The notes: generated from the sequence alone by a model not told the origin. Positions 1 through 10,478 are shown, numbered from the stretch's first letter. The stretch is DNA of 64,000 nt from an uncultured Clostridia bacterium (GCA_944382715.1 CALWNC010000001.1:118872-182871), one strand, 5' to 3'. Numbers and translations are program-made.

Positions 1-35
1 GAGTTTCATTTTCCTGTCGAAACCGTAACATCCCC
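1..35 (-). ncRNA. ssrA: tmRNA (SsrA), 5' end only; the gene runs off the left edge
   Basis: Reverse complement of 1-36 reads tGGGGATGTTACGGTTTCGACAGGAAAATGAAACTC. This matches the conserved tmRNA 5' tRNA-like start (B. subtilis GGGGACGTTACGGATTCGACAGG). It lies directly downstream of smpB, as in the rnr-smpB-ssrA arrangement. Confidence 0.8.
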
Positions 36-95
36 ATAATTTTATTATATTGTAGGTTTTCAAAAATATTGAAGAAAAACATACAATTTTGAAAA

Positions 96-542
96 TTATC
101 TTACCTGTTTTATTTGCCTATCTGCATATCTTTTTAAGTCCGAAATCATCTTGTCATCTTTTTTATTGTAAAGTTTCTTTCCCTTTGCAAGAGCAATTTC
201 TACTTTAACCTTATCTCCATTAAAGTACATTTTTGTAGGGACTATAGTATAGCCCTGTTCTTTAGTTTTTCTTTCAAGCTTTAAAATCTCCTGCTTATTT
301 AAAAGTAACTTTCTAGTTCGTTTTGTATCTGGAATGAAAGCCCCCGTTTTATCAAATGTGGAGATAAAACAATTAAGTAAAAAAACCTCACCATTTCTAA
401 CTATAACATAACTATCTTTAAGATTTACCTTATTCTCCCTAAGAGATTTAACCTCACAGCCAACTAAAACGATTCCAGCTTCAAAAGTCGTTTCCAAAAA
501 ATAATTATGCTTTGCTTCTCTATTCTCAGTGATAATTTTCAT
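96..542 (-). CDS. smpB: SsrA-binding protein SmpB
   Basis: 148 aa with an SmpB-typical N-terminus (ENREAKHNYF..EAGIVL.G.EVKSLR). Sits between rnr and ssrA. Confidence 0.93.
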   Translation of the reverse strand: MKIITENREAKHNYFLETTFEAGIVLVGCEVKSLRENKVNLKDSYVIVRNGEVFLLNCFISTFDKTGAFIPDTKRTRKLLLNKQEILKLERKTKEQGYTIVPTKMYFNGDKVKVEIALAKGKKLYNKKDDKMISDLKRYADRQIKQVR

Positions 543-600
543 AAAATTATTATATCACAAAATTAAATAAATGACAATATTTCTTACAAACATTAGTAAT

Positions 601-637
601 AAAAAAACAAAACTAAGATAAAATATCCCAGTTTTGT
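601..637 (-). terminator. Intrinsic terminator after rnr
   Basis: ACAAAACT/AGTTTTGT stem (607-637) followed on the minus strand by a T-run (A-run 601-607). Confidence 0.5.
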
Positions 638-706
638 TAAAATTTTTATATTTTAAACAATATTCTACAATTTTATAAAATTTTCTACAAAAAATTTATA
701 TTTACA

Positions 707-2983
707 TTATATAAATTTTTTATGTTTTCCTTTTCCTCCATGAACTTGAACTTTAAAAGTCTTAGACTTTGTTTTTTTTGTGCTGAATACTTTATTTTTA
801 TTGTTTTCAAGAGCATTATCAGAGATATCTCTGTGAAAATTAGCAAGCTCAAAGTCGATTCTTCTTAAAGCAATGTCCGTGCTAACAACTCTTATTTGAA
901 TTTTATCACCTATTCTATAGGTTTTTCCAACGCCTCTAATCAGGTAATGGTTTTCGTCATAATCATACTTTCCCTTTGGAAGTCTAGAAATATTAATAAA
1001 TCCCTCTATTGTATTATCTAACTCAACATAAATGCCATTTTCAGTAACACCTGATATTGTTCCATCAAAAACTTCACCAATCTTGGTCTGCATGTATTCG
1101 GTTTCCTTTTGAGCATCAACAGTTCTTTCAGCTTCTTCTGCTTGGCGTTCCATTGTGCTAGATCTTTCAGCAGACCTTTGAACAAAATCTTGAAATTCAC
1201 TAATTTTTTTATCAGTTAAACTATTTTCTAAATAAGCTGATATAATTCTATGAATTGAAAGATCAGGATATCTTCTAATTGGAGATGTAAAGTGACAGTA
1301 ATCTTTTAAAGCCAAACCAAAGTGACCTAGATTTTCGGTTTCATATCTGGCCTTTTGCATACTTCTAAGCATAACCTTAGAAAGTGCAGTTGAGTAATCT
1401 TTTCCCTTACTATTTTTAAGCAAAACCTGAAAATCCTTAGGTTTTGGCTCTTTCCCTTGAGCAGTGAATTTAAGACCCAGACTATTTGCAAAAGTTCTAA
1501 ATTTTTGTACTTTTTCACTTGTCGGAATTTCATGAATTCTATATACAAATGGTAAATTCAAACTATCGAAGTGTTTTGCAACAACTTCATTTGTAAGTAC
1601 CATAAATTGTTCTATAATTCTGTCAGCCATTTCGCGTGGCTTTTTATAAACATCAATAACCTCTCCACTATTATCAAGCTTTATAAATGGTTCTGGAATA
1701 TCAAAATCAAGTTCCCCAGCATTTTCTCGTCTAGTGATAAGTATTTTTGCTAACTCCTGCATTTGAAACAGCATTGGAACAATCTTTTCATATTCTTTGC
1801 TCAGTGCCTTATCACCATTTAAAATTTTGGTTACTTTTGTATAAGTCATTCTAAAAGACGATTTAATTATACCTTTATGAATTTCATAATCAACAACTTT
1901 TCCATTGCCATTAATTGTCATTTCTACTGCAAGTGTAAATCTGTCCTCATTTGGATTAAGGGAACAAATTCCATTTGAAAGCACTTCTGGAAGCATTGGC
2001 AATACATGGTCAGGAAAATAAACTGAAGTACCCCTTTTAAACGCTTCTTCGTCAAGTTTTGAGTTTTCTTTAACATAGTGAGAAACATCTGCAATATAAA
2101 CACCTAAATAATAAATGTCATCTTGTTTAGTAAGTGAAATGGCGTCATCAAAATCTTTTGCATCTTCCCCATCAATTGTAATAATTAATCTATCTCTATA
2201 ATCTTTTCTTCCGTCTAAGTTCTCTTTTTCTATTGGAATATTAACCTTTTGAGCTTCTTTCAAAACTTCTTTTGGAAACTCCTCAAACAAATTAAATGAG
2301 CGAATAATTGAAAGTGTAGTAACCTTAGCATCACTAGGGTCTCCTAAAATTTCTCTAACCCTTCCCCTTGCCATCTTTAATTTTGAAGGATAATCTAAAA
2401 TATCAAGCACAACTTTTGTATTATTCGTTGCTCCATTTAAATCATTTGGTGCGACAAAAATGCTATCAGTAAATCTCCTATCATCAGGCAAAACTGTTGC
2501 AATTCCATTTTGATTAATACTCAAAATGCCAACAACAACTTCATATCCCCTTTTTAAAATCTCTAAGACTTTACCTTCTCGTTTGCCACGAAAGGCTTGA
2601 GGCAATTCTTTTCTATATTTTCTTTCCTTGCCAAAAACACCAACTTGAACAATAACTGTATCTCCATGACAAGCATCATTCAAATTTGCCTGAGAAATAA
2701 AAATGTCATCGTCTTTTGAAGCGCCTATTTCTCTTGCAAATGCATAATCTTTACTTGTTCCCAGAATTGTACATTTTACTGTATAAAAATCTCTATTTAC
2801 TAGAAAAGAGTTACCTTTAAGCTCTTTTATTTTTCCAAGTTTAACAAGTTCTTTTATTGCTTTTGATAGAGTTTTATAATCAAACCCATATTTTAAGCCC
2901 GTAAAATTTGCAATATCTTCAAGCTTAAACTTGTCCTTATTCATATCCAATATTTTCTTATAAATGGTATCAATAAAATTCAT
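707..2983 (-). CDS. rnr: Ribonuclease R (RNase II/VacB family) with C-terminal S1 domain and basic tail
   Basis: 758 aa with RNB-domain motifs (IDGEDAKDFDDAIS, HFGLA...YCHFTSPIRRYPDL) and an S1 domain. Conserved rnr-smpB synteny. Confidence 0.93.
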   Translation of the reverse strand: MNFIDTIYKKILDMNKDKFKLEDIANFTGLKYGFDYKTLSKAIKELVKLGKIKELKGNSFLVNRDFYTVKCTILGTSKDYAFAREIGASKDDDIFISQANLNDACHGDTVIVQVGVFGKERKYRKELPQAFRGKREGKVLEILKRGYEVVVGILSINQNGIATVLPDDRRFTDSIFVAPNDLNGATNNTKVVLDILDYPSKLKMARGRVREILGDPSDAKVTTLSIIRSFNLFEEFPKEVLKEAQKVNIPIEKENLDGRKDYRDRLIITIDGEDAKDFDDAISLTKQDDIYYLGVYIADVSHYVKENSKLDEEAFKRGTSVYFPDHVLPMLPEVLSNGICSLNPNEDRFTLAVEMTINGNGKVVDYEIHKGIIKSSFRMTYTKVTKILNGDKALSKEYEKIVPMLFQMQELAKILITRRENAGELDFDIPEPFIKLDNSGEVIDVYKKPREMADRIIEQFMVLTNEVVAKHFDSLNLPFVYRIHEIPTSEKVQKFRTFANSLGLKFTAQGKEPKPKDFQVLLKNSKGKDYSTALSKVMLRSMQKARYETENLGHFGLALKDYCHFTSPIRRYPDLSIHRIISAYLENSLTDKKISEFQDFVQRSAERSSTMERQAEEAERTVDAQKETEYMQTKIGEVFDGTISGVTENGIYVELDNTIEGFINISRLPKGKYDYDENHYLIRGVGKTYRIGDKIQIRVVSTDIALRRIDFELANFHRDISDNALENNKNKVFSTKKTKSKTFKVQVHGGKGKHKKFI

Positions 2984-3068
2984 AACTTCACCTTTAATTA
3001 ATTATATATTATTAAATAAAAAAAATAAACAAAATTAACGCATTATTCACTTTAATTTTACACACATA

Positions 3069-3097
3069 TTGACTTTATTTACAAAAAAAAATATACT
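3069..3097 (+). promoter_or_regulatory. Putative sigma-70 promoter of mgtE
   Basis: TTGACT (3069-3074), 17-nt spacer, TATACT (3092-3097). Confidence 0.5.
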
Positions 3098-3129
3098 ATT
3101 ATTGTGAAAAATTATTTAGGAGGAAAAAA

Positions 3130-4818
3130 ATGCTAAAACAACAAATCGAAGAACTATTAAAAGACAAGAACTTTAATGAAATAGAAAAATTGTTGGAAAA
3201 AAGCGAAATAAGTGAAATCTCAAAAACAATGAATCAACTTGATAAAAATTTACTTTTACAACTTCTTCCTAAAATATCCCCCGAGCAAGCTGCTGAAATT
3301 TTTCTAGTTTTAGGGCAAGAAACTCAATTATTTCTTGTAGAAGAACTTAGCTATGTTGAATTTAAGCAAATTGCAAATGAATTACTTGAAGGCGATGCAG
3401 AAAATGCGTTAAGCGAAAATGTTTTTAATGAAATTATTTTAAAGGCAAAAACAGAAGATAGAAATGATAAACTTGTTGAAATTATTGATAAATTAGAAAA
3501 TAAGCAATTTGCCAGTTTAAAACCATTACTTGCCGAACTTGAACCTATTGACATTGCTAAAATTTTTGAGCAAGTAGATGACACTAAAATTGCACTGCTT
3601 TTTAGGTTACTTCCAAAAGATTTGGCCAGTGAGGTTTTTGTTGAAATGAACAGCGATGACCAGCAAGTTCTCATTAAATCATTTACCGATAAAGAGCTTG
3701 AATATATTGTTAATGACCTCTTTATCGACGATACCGTTGACATTATTGAAGATATGCCATCAAATGTTGTTAGGCGAATTTTATCACTTTCCAGTCCAGA
3801 AACTAGAAATACTATTAATAAACTCTTAGGATTTCCAAAAGATTCAGCTGGGAGCATTATGACAACTGAACTTGTTACACTTAGAGAAAATATGACAGTT
3901 TACGAAGCTCTTAAAAAAATTCGCAAACAGGCACTCGATAAAGAAACTATTTACACATGTTATGTTACTGATGACCAAAAACATTTGCTTGGAATTGTCA
4001 CAGCTAAGGATCTAATTTTACACGAGCCAACTGATATAATATCTTCATTTATGGACGAAAACATAATTTATGCTACAACTAAAACAGATAAAGAAGAAGT
4101 TTCAAATTTACTTTCAAAATATGATATGATTGCAATTCCGATTGTTGACAATGAAAATAGAATAAATGGTATTGTCACAGTCGATGATGCTATTGATGTT
4201 ATTCAGGAAGAAGCAACAGAAGATATCAATAAAATTTCTGCTATTATTCCAACCTCAAAGCCATATCTTCAAACTTCCGTATGGCAATTATTTTTATCTA
4301 GACTACCATGGCTATTAATTTTACTCCTTTCTGCAACATTTACTGCACTTATTATAAATACATATGAAAGTACATTGAATAGTATAAGTACATTACTTTT
4401 TGCTTGTGTACCTATGCTAATGGGTGCTGGTGGTAATGCTGGGAGTCAAGCTGCTGTTACTGTAATTCGTGCACTATCTTTAAATGAACTTGAATTTAAA
4501 GACATTTTTAAGGTTATTTGGAAAGAAATTAGAGTTGCTATAATCTTATCTCTTACATTATCTATTTGTTGTTTTATTAAACTTTTATTAATTGATAATT
4601 TAATATTTGGTTATGATTATAATATTCAACTATCATTTGTTGTTTCACTCGCACTATTTGCCACTATTTTTATTGCAAAACTTATAGGTTGTTGCTTACC
4701 ACTACTAGCAAAAAAAATTAAACTTGATCCAGCAGTAGTAGCCAGTCCATTTATTACTACAACAATTGATGCTATTTCACTTATAATATTCTGCCAAATA
4801 GCAATTGGCTTACTATAA
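3130..4818 (+). CDS. mgtE: Magnesium transporter MgtE (long N-terminal extension)
   Basis: 562 aa with MgtE N-domain, tandem CBS region and a C-terminal 5-TM domain carrying the GAGGNAGSQ motif. Strong SD (AGGAGG). Confidence 0.9.
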   Translation: MLKQQIEELLKDKNFNEIEKLLEKSEISEISKTMNQLDKNLLLQLLPKISPEQAAEIFLVLGQETQLFLVEELSYVEFKQIANELLEGDAENALSENVFNEIILKAKTEDRNDKLVEIIDKLENKQFASLKPLLAELEPIDIAKIFEQVDDTKIALLFRLLPKDLASEVFVEMNSDDQQVLIKSFTDKELEYIVNDLFIDDTVDIIEDMPSNVVRRILSLSSPETRNTINKLLGFPKDSAGSIMTTELVTLRENMTVYEALKKIRKQALDKETIYTCYVTDDQKHLLGIVTAKDLILHEPTDIISSFMDENIIYATTKTDKEEVSNLLSKYDMIAIPIVDNENRINGIVTVDDAIDVIQEEATEDINKISAIIPTSKPYLQTSVWQLFLSRLPWLLILLLSATFTALIINTYESTLNSISTLLFACVPMLMGAGGNAGSQAAVTVIRALSLNELEFKDIFKVIWKEIRVAIILSLTLSICCFIKLLLIDNLIFGYDYNIQLSFVVSLALFATIFIAKLIGCCLPLLAKKIKLDPAVVASPFITTTIDAISLIIFCQIAIGLL

Positions 4819-4821
4819 TTT

Positions 4822-4878
4822 TTAACTATAAATTTACTTATTTTTATCAAATTAAGGTAAATTTATAGTTTTTTTTAT
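4822..4878 (+). terminator. Intrinsic terminator after mgtE
   Basis: Perfect 14-bp stem, AACTATAAATTTAC (4822-4835) with GTAAATTTATAGTT (4857-4870), followed by a T-run. Confidence 0.65.
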
Positions 4879-4880
4879 TA

Positions 4881-5045
4881 TTTTTAATTTATTTTTGCAG
4901 AAAAAAGACTTATTTAATTTATTATAATTTATTTTTATAAATATATAGTTATATTAATTTATTTTAATTTATATTAATTTATTTTAATTTATTTTAATTT
5001 ATTTTAATTTATTTTAATTTATTTTAATTTATTTTAATTTATTTT
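4881..5045. repeat. 10-bp phased A/T-tract tandem array (core ATTTTAATTT, near-perfect 4951-5045; degenerate copies in phase back to ~4881)
   Basis: Direct reading: ATTTTAATTT/ATATTAATTT repeats about 9.5 times without interruption. Earlier decamers end in the same ..AATTT register. Confidence 0.9.
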
Positions 5046-5075
5046 GTCAAATAATAAAATTTTAATAAAAAATTC

Positions 5076-5144
5076 AATTTAATTTAGATTTTTAAAATAG
5101 TTTATGTTTTAATTTTAATAAGTTTAATTTAATTTAGATTTTTA
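5076..5144. repeat. Two perfect 19-nt direct repeats, AATTTAATTTAGATTTTTA, exactly 50 bp apart
   Basis: Copies at 5076-5094 and 5126-5144. Confidence 0.85.
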
Positions 5145-5550
5145 TAATATGTTATTGTTTTACCATAATTAATATAATATTTATTTTAATTTTATTAATT
5201 TTTGTATATAATTGCGTTTTTTTATAGAAAATTTTTAATCATTAAAGTGTTATCATAAATTATATTTTGCAAATAGGCAAAGTAAGTCAAGCTTTAATTT
5301 TTGTTAAACAATTAATAACTTAATTTAACCTTAGTAAAATGAATAATTAACAATGATATATAATTTATTATAAATTGTTAATTTATAAAAGATTAAATTT
5401 TACATTAACTAAAAATAGTATTATTGCATTCAAATTATCATTTTGATTGTTATTTTTATATAATTATCCAACTAGCAATACTAAATTAGAAAAAAAATGT
5501 GCAAATAAAAAAGCCTCAAAAATTTGAGGTCTTTTATTTAATATGATAAA

Positions 5551-6063
5551 TTATCTTACAAGTTCAGCAAGTGCCATCTGAGCATTATCACCACGACGAA
5601 TTGAGGTTTTTAAAACTCTTGTATAACCACCTTTTTGACCAACATCTTTGCTTCTTTCAGCAAATCTAGGAGCAATCTCATCAAAAATCTTTTCAACTAA
5701 AGGCATTTCAATACCTTGTGTTCTAACTTTATAGTCATTGAGTTTTTCACCTTTTGCACGCTTGTATTGCTTGTCATTCAAGATTGCAATTATTTTTCTT
5801 CTAGCATTAAGTTTCTTTACTCCATCTTTTGAAACTACAACTTTCTTTTCCTTTCCGTTATTGTCAAGCGTAACTTTTTCAGCAGATACAACATCTTCAT
5901 AAGAATTTACTGCTAGTGTAATTATTTCATTAGCAAGTCTAGCAGCTGCTTTTGCTCTTTCAAAAGTTGTTTCAATATGGCCGTACCACAAAAGGTCTGT
6001 TACAAGATTTGATAACATTGCAAGTCTTTGGTCTGTTGGTTTACCTAATTTCTTTGTGTCCAT
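5551..6063 (-). CDS. rplQ: 50S ribosomal protein L17 (long form with ~50-aa internal insertion)
   Basis: [13 protein letters not shown]...GGYTRV...[14 protein letters not shown], at the end of the alpha operon. Confidence 0.93.
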   Translation of the reverse strand: MDTKKLGKPTDQRLAMLSNLVTDLLWYGHIETTFERAKAAARLANEIITLAVNSYEDVVSAEKVTLDNNGKEKKVVVSKDGVKKLNARRKIIAILNDKQYKRAKGEKLNDYKVRTQGIEMPLVEKIFDEIAPRFAERSKDVGQKGGYTRVLKTSIRRGDNAQMALAELVR

Positions 6064-6074
6064 ATTCCTTCTCC

Positions 6075-7028
6075 TTAATCTTCATTTGTCTTAAGACTAA
6101 GCCCAAGACTTTCAAGTTTTTGAATAACTTCATCAAGTGATTTTCTACCAAGATTTTTTACCTTGAGCATATCATCTTCCGTTTTCTTGATTAAGTCTTC
6201 TACAGTATTAATACCTGCTCTCTTTAAGCAGTTATATGAGCGAACTGATAAATCCATCTCTTCTACGCTCATAACCATAAGTTTGTGTACCTTATCTTCT
6301 TCACGGCTAACAAGGATTGAAGAGTCAGCCATGTTTTGTACTAGCTCAATAAATAAATTATTGTATTCGTTCATAAGTTTTGCAGATAAACTTATAACTT
6401 CCTTTGCAGAAACCGTTCCATCTGTTGTAACTTCAATCGTAACTTTGTCAAAGTCTGTGTTTTGACCTACACGCGTATTCTCAACAGTGTAACTAGCACG
6501 CTTAACTGGAGTATACATACTATCTATAGCAATATAACCTATTGGAAGACTGGCATCTTTATTTTTATCAGCAGGCACATATCCTCTGCCTTGTCCAACA
6601 ATGATATCCATATCAAGACTACCATCATCTTCTAGTGTACAAATGTACATATTCTTATTCATAATATGAACTTCATCATCATCAACTATATCATTAGCCG
6701 TAACGATGCAAGGTCCTTGAGCTTTTAGCTTTAAAGTTTTCTTAAAATTTTTGTCATCTGAATCAATCTTTACTGCTAAGCCTTTCATGTTAAGAACTAT
6801 TTCAGTAACATCTTCTTTGGCTCCCTTTAGTGCCATAAATTCATGATCGACACCAGCTATTCTAATATTAGTAACAGCTGAACCAGGAAGGCTAGAAAGC
6901 AAAATCCTTCTGAGTGCATTGCCTATCGTAACACCGAACCCGCTTTCCAATGGTTCTACAATAAACCTTGCATATGAACCATTGTTCTCTTCTACACATT
7001 CAATCCTTGGTTTTTCAATTTCTAACAT
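6075..7028 (-). CDS. rpoA: DNA-directed RNA polymerase alpha subunit
   Basis: 317 aa; [11 protein letters not shown] motif and C-terminal alpha-CTD ([14 protein letters not shown]). Confidence 0.96.
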   Translation of the reverse strand: MLEIEKPRIECVEENNGSYARFIVEPLESGFGVTIGNALRRILLSSLPGSAVTNIRIAGVDHEFMALKGAKEDVTEIVLNMKGLAVKIDSDDKNFKKTLKLKAQGPCIVTANDIVDDDEVHIMNKNMYICTLEDDGSLDMDIIVGQGRGYVPADKNKDASLPIGYIAIDSMYTPVKRASYTVENTRVGQNTDFDKVTIEVTTDGTVSAKEVISLSAKLMNEYNNLFIELVQNMADSSILVSREEDKVHKLMVMSVEEMDLSVRSYNCLKRAGINTVEDLIKKTEDDMLKVKNLGRKSLDEVIQKLESLGLSLKTNED

Positions 7029-7049
7029 AAATTTCCTCCAATTTAATTT

Positions 7050-7670
7050 TTATTTAGAGTAAAGTTCGATGATAAGGTGTTCAGCAATTGTAAGGTCAAT
7101 ATCATCTCTTGCTGGTAGGCTAATTACCTTTCCTGTAAGTTTTGATGAGTCGAATTCTAGCCACTTTGGTACTATAACCCTTGCATCTTTTACACCAGCA
7201 AATAATTGACTCTTTGCACTGGATTCTTTTACAGAAATTACATCACCAACTTTTACTTGGTATGATGGAATATTTACGCGTTTACCATTTACCAAAATAT
7301 GTGTATGGTTTACAATTTGTCTTGCCTGTGCACGACTTGCACCTAGTCCAAGTCTATAACATACATTGTCTAATCTTCTTTCAAGTAAACTGAGCATTAC
7401 TTCACCAGTTTTTCCTTTCATTCTTGCTGCTGCTTCATAATATCTTCTGAATTGTTTTTCAAGGAGTCCATATGCTCTTTTTACCTTTTGTTTCTCACGA
7501 AGCTGTACTAAATATTCAGTTGGCTTCTTTCTGCTATTTGGATGTTGACCTGGTGTTGTTGGTCTTCTATCGATAGCACATTTTTTAGAAGTACATCTTT
7601 CACCTTTAAGGAAAAGTTTTGTGCCTTCTCTTCTACATAGTCTGCAATCTGCATTTATATACTTTGCCAT
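7050..7670 (-). CDS. rpsD: 30S ribosomal protein S4
   Basis: 206 aa; N-terminal Cys cluster CRLCRREG...C.SKKC and an S4 RNA-binding domain. Confidence 0.96.
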   Translation of the reverse strand: MAKYINADCRLCRREGTKLFLKGERCTSKKCAIDRRPTTPGQHPNSRKKPTEYLVQLREKQKVKRAYGLLEKQFRRYYEAAARMKGKTGEVMLSLLERRLDNVCYRLGLGASRAQARQIVNHTHILVNGKRVNIPSYQVKVGDVISVKESSAKSQLFAGVKDARVIVPKWLEFDSSKLTGKVISLPARDDIDLTIAEHLIIELYSK

Positions 7671-7685
7671 TGTTTTCTCCTAATA

Positions 7686-8087
7686 TTAAACTCTTCTTGG
7701 TTTTGGTGGACGACAACCATTGTGTGGAATTGGTGATACATCTCTAATCATTGTTACTTCAAGATCTGCAGCTGCAAGACTTCTTACAGCAGATTCTCTA
7801 CCATTTCCTGGTCCTTTTACATAAACTTCGACTGATTTTAGTCCATATTCTTTTGCTAATTTAGCAGCTTTTTCAGCAGCTTGTCCAGCTGCGAATGGTG
7901 TGCTTTTTTTACTACCCTTATATCCAAGAGCACCTGCTGAACAAGCAGCAAGTGCATTTCCTGCAACGTCTGTAATTGTTACAATTGTGTTGTTGAATGA
8001 TGATTGAATATATACTCTACCCTTATCAACGCTTGTTGTAATCTTACGCTTTTTTGTTGCAGTTTTCTTCATTTTCTTTTCTGCCAT
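7686..8087 (-). CDS. rpsK: 30S ribosomal protein S11
   Basis: S11 family sequence (IVTITD..GN...[13 protein letters not shown]-like). Start moved to the second ATG (MAEKK), which is correctly spaced from AAGGAAGG. Confidence 0.93.
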   Translation of the reverse strand: MAEKKMKKTATKKRKITTSVDKGRVYIQSSFNNTIVTITDVAGNALAACSAGALGYKGSKKSTPFAAGQAAEKAAKLAKEYGLKSVEVYVKGPGNGRESAVRSLAAADLEVTMIRDVSPIPHNGCRPPKPRRV

Positions 8088-8108
8088 TTTACTCATCCTT
8101 CCTTAAAA

Positions 8109-8504
8109 CTATTTCTTACCTTTTGTTGCAGGCATTTGTTTTTTTGCTTTACTTGCAAGTTTCTTAGGTCCTTTTCTTGTTCTTGCGTTAGACTTTGTAT
8201 TTTGTCCACGAACAGGAAGATTAGCTTTGTGTCTAAGTCCACGATAGCTCTTTATTTCTTGTAATGCTTTAATATTCATATTAACAACTCTTCTAAGTTC
8301 ACCTTCAGTTGTTAAATTTTTATCCATATATTCACGGATTTTACCGATTTGCTCTTCTGTCAAATCTTTTACTCTAGTATCTGGATTAATTCCAGTAGCT
8401 TGTAATATTTTGTTAGAGGTAACTCTGCCAATACCATAAATATAAGTAAGGCCAATTTCTACTCTCTTTTCATTTGGTAAATCTACACCACCAATACGTG
8501 CCAT
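8109..8504 (-). CDS. rpsM: 30S ribosomal protein S13
   Basis: [10 protein letters not shown]... is the canonical S13 start with GGAGG upstream. The ORF-track N-terminal extension is rejected. Confidence 0.94.
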   Translation of the reverse strand: MARIGGVDLPNEKRVEIGLTYIYGIGRVTSNKILQATGINPDTRVKDLTEEQIGKIREYMDKNLTTEGELRRVVNMNIKALQEIKSYRGLRHKANLPVRGQNTKSNARTRKGPKKLASKAKKQMPATKGKK

Positions 8505-8692
8505 TTTATCCTCCACAGATATATTTTTACTTAATTTTGAGCATATGCCCATTCATTTGAAACATAATTTGCCGCTTTCAAATGATTAATTTCAGTTTTG
8601 TATATGAAAGATGATATTTAGCAAGCGAGTGGATTTCTTTTTGCTTGTAGATACCCAAACACCATCTTCCATAAACAAAACCAAAGAGAAAA

Positions 8693-8809
8693 CTAACCCT
8701 GAACTTGTTTATGCTTAGGATTTTTACTACAAATGACTCTAACTTTACCGTTTCTCTTAATAACTTTACAACCATCACACATTGGTTTTACACTTGGTCT
8801 AACTTTCAT
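8693..8809 (-). CDS. rpmJ: 50S ribosomal protein L36 (below ORF-track cutoff)
   Basis: Hand translation gives [38 protein letters not shown], the canonical Zn-type L36, between infA and rpsM. Confidence 0.93.
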   Translation of the reverse strand: MKVRPSVKPMCDGCKVIKRNGKVRVICSKNPKHKQVQG

Positions 8810-8829
8810 TGTTTTTTTTCTCCTCGAAT

Positions 8830-9048
8830 TTATTTACTACGCCAAATTATTCTGCCACGAGTTAAATCGTAAGGGCTAATTTCTAATTTTACTGTGTCGC
8901 CCTCGTATACACGAATAAAATTTTTCCAGAGTTTTCCTGATAAATATGCAGTGACAATATGTCCCCCTGCAATTTTAACTTTAAATGTTGCACCCGGCAT
9001 TGCCTCTACAACAACACCCTCTGTTTCAATAACATCATCTTTACTCAA
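8830..9048 (-). CDS. infA: Translation initiation factor IF-1 (TTG start)
   Basis: [15 protein letters not shown]...F.V... S1-like IF-1 sequence. GGAGG lies 9 nt upstream of TTG at 9048. Overlaps the map stop by 8 nt. Confidence 0.88.
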   Translation of the reverse strand: MSKDDVIETEGVVVEAMPGATFKVKIAGGHIVTAYLSGKLWKNFIRVYEGDTVKLEISPYDLTRGRIIWRSK

Positions 9049-9811
9049 GATTGTTTGCCTCCAAATCTGCAGTTTTTGTGAGTATTTCAACTCCATCTTT
9101 TTTTATTAAAACTGTATTTTCATAGTGAGCACTTGGAAGTCCATCAGCAGTTCTACAATCCCAGCCATTAACCCTAATCTCATATGTTCCCATATTGATC
9201 ATTGGCTCAATTGCCAAGGTCATATTTTCTTGTAATTTTATTCCAGTTCCAGCCACGCCAAAATTGGGAATATATGGGTCTTCATGTAGATTTTTGCCTA
9301 CACCATGACCACCCATTTCATGAACTGGCTCAAAGCCAAATTTATTAGCATAGCTTTCAATTGCAAAGCCGATATCTCCAAGTCTTGAACCTGCTTTTAG
9401 GTTTTTTATTGACCTAAAAAAGCATTCTTTTGTTACATCTATTAGTTTCTGCTTTTCGTCATCAATTTTTCCGACAGCAAAAGTTCTAGCAGCATCTCCC
9501 GTGTAACCCTGATATTTTGCGCCAACATCAATTCCAATAATTTGTCCTTCCTTTAAGATGACATCTTTTTTTGGAATTCCGTGAACAACAACATCATCAA
9601 TTGAAGTGCAAATTGAGTTTGGAAAACCGTCATAATGCAAAAAAGTAGGTTTTGCACCTCTTGATATTATATACTCTTTTGCAATTTTGTCAAGTGATTG
9701 TGTTGAAATTCCCGGTTTAATGTATTTAGAAACCTCATCGAGAGCACCAGCAGTAATTTTGCCAGCAACTCTCATTAATTCGATTTCTTTTTCTGTTTTT
9801 ATAGATATCAT
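9041..9811 (-). CDS. map: Methionine aminopeptidase type I
   Basis: 256 aa with MAP metal-ligand context (GIDVGA..GY.GD.A.TF, HGVG, LAIEP). Conserved adk-map-infA order. Confidence 0.94.
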   Translation of the reverse strand: MISIKTEKEIELMRVAGKITAGALDEVSKYIKPGISTQSLDKIAKEYIISRGAKPTFLHYDGFPNSICTSIDDVVVHGIPKKDVILKEGQIIGIDVGAKYQGYTGDAARTFAVGKIDDEKQKLIDVTKECFFRSIKNLKAGSRLGDIGFAIESYANKFGFEPVHEMGGHGVGKNLHEDPYIPNFGVAGTGIKLQENMTLAIEPMINMGTYEIRVNGWDCRTADGLPSAHYENTVLIKKDGVEILTKTADLEANNLE

Positions 9812-9812
9812 G

Positions 9813-10478
9813 TTATCCTTCTATAAATTCCTTAAGACCTTTTATATTACTATTTTCAAAAGCTTTAAGCATTGTTTCATAACTTTGTTCAGGTTCATCT
9901 TGACCTTGAACTGTTACAACCTTTCCAAGCTTTTCAAAATAACTAAGAATAGGAAGTGTTTCTTGTAAGTAAACTTCATAACGATTTTTGTAGGTCTCTT
10001 CATTATCGTCACTTCTAATTCCCCATTCGCCAGAACATTTTGGGCATTTTTCATAACCTAAGTTCCAGCTAGTATTGTAAATATATCCACAAGATTTGCA
10101 AGTTCTTCTACCGATTACTCTTGTAAGTAGTGTTTCGTAAGGAACTTCAATATTTACAACTACATCAATATCTGTTATTTTTTCATCAACAAAAACTTTA
10201 AGTTGGTCAGGTGTTCTTGGAAATCCATCAAGTATAAATCCATCTTGAACATCTTTTTCTGCAAGTCTTTTCTTTATCATTGCACAAACTACTTCGCTAG
10301 GTACCATTTCTCCCTTATCCATGTAGGATTTAGCGAGAACGCCATTTTCATCACCACTAGCAATACTTGCTCTAAGGATATCTCCCATAGATATTGTTGG
10401 AAGATTGTAATCTTCAGCAAGCATATTTGCAAGAGTACCCTTGCCTGCCATTGGTGCACCAAACATTAAAAATTTCAT
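9813..10478 (-). CDS. adk: Adenylate kinase (Zn-finger lid type)
   Basis: P-loop GAPMAGKGT and lid C.SCG...C.KC. Start placed at the ATG (MKFLMFG) behind GGAG. Confidence 0.94.
   Translation of the reverse strand: MKFLMFGAPMAGKGTLANMLAEDYNLPTISMGDILRASIASGDENGVLAKSYMDKGEMVPSEVVCAMIKKRLAEKDVQDGFILDGFPRTPDQLKVFVDEKITDIDVVVNIEVPYETLLTRVIGRRTCKSCGYIYNTSWNLGYEKCPKCSGEWGIRSDDNEETYKNRYEVYLQETLPILSYFEKLGKVVTVQGQDEPEQSYETMLKAFENSNIKGLKEFIEG

Noticed and set aside
2984-3129. Expected M-box (Mg) riboswitch upstream of mgtE
   Set aside because: The spacer is only ~146 nt of nearly pure A/T with a promoter ~33 nt from the SD. There is no room or sequence for the conserved M-box helices.
4951-5045. Regular short repeats that could be mistaken for a CRISPR array
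   Set aside because: The unit is only 10 bp, head-to-tail with no spacers, and there are no cas genes. It is a simple phased A/T tandem repeat.
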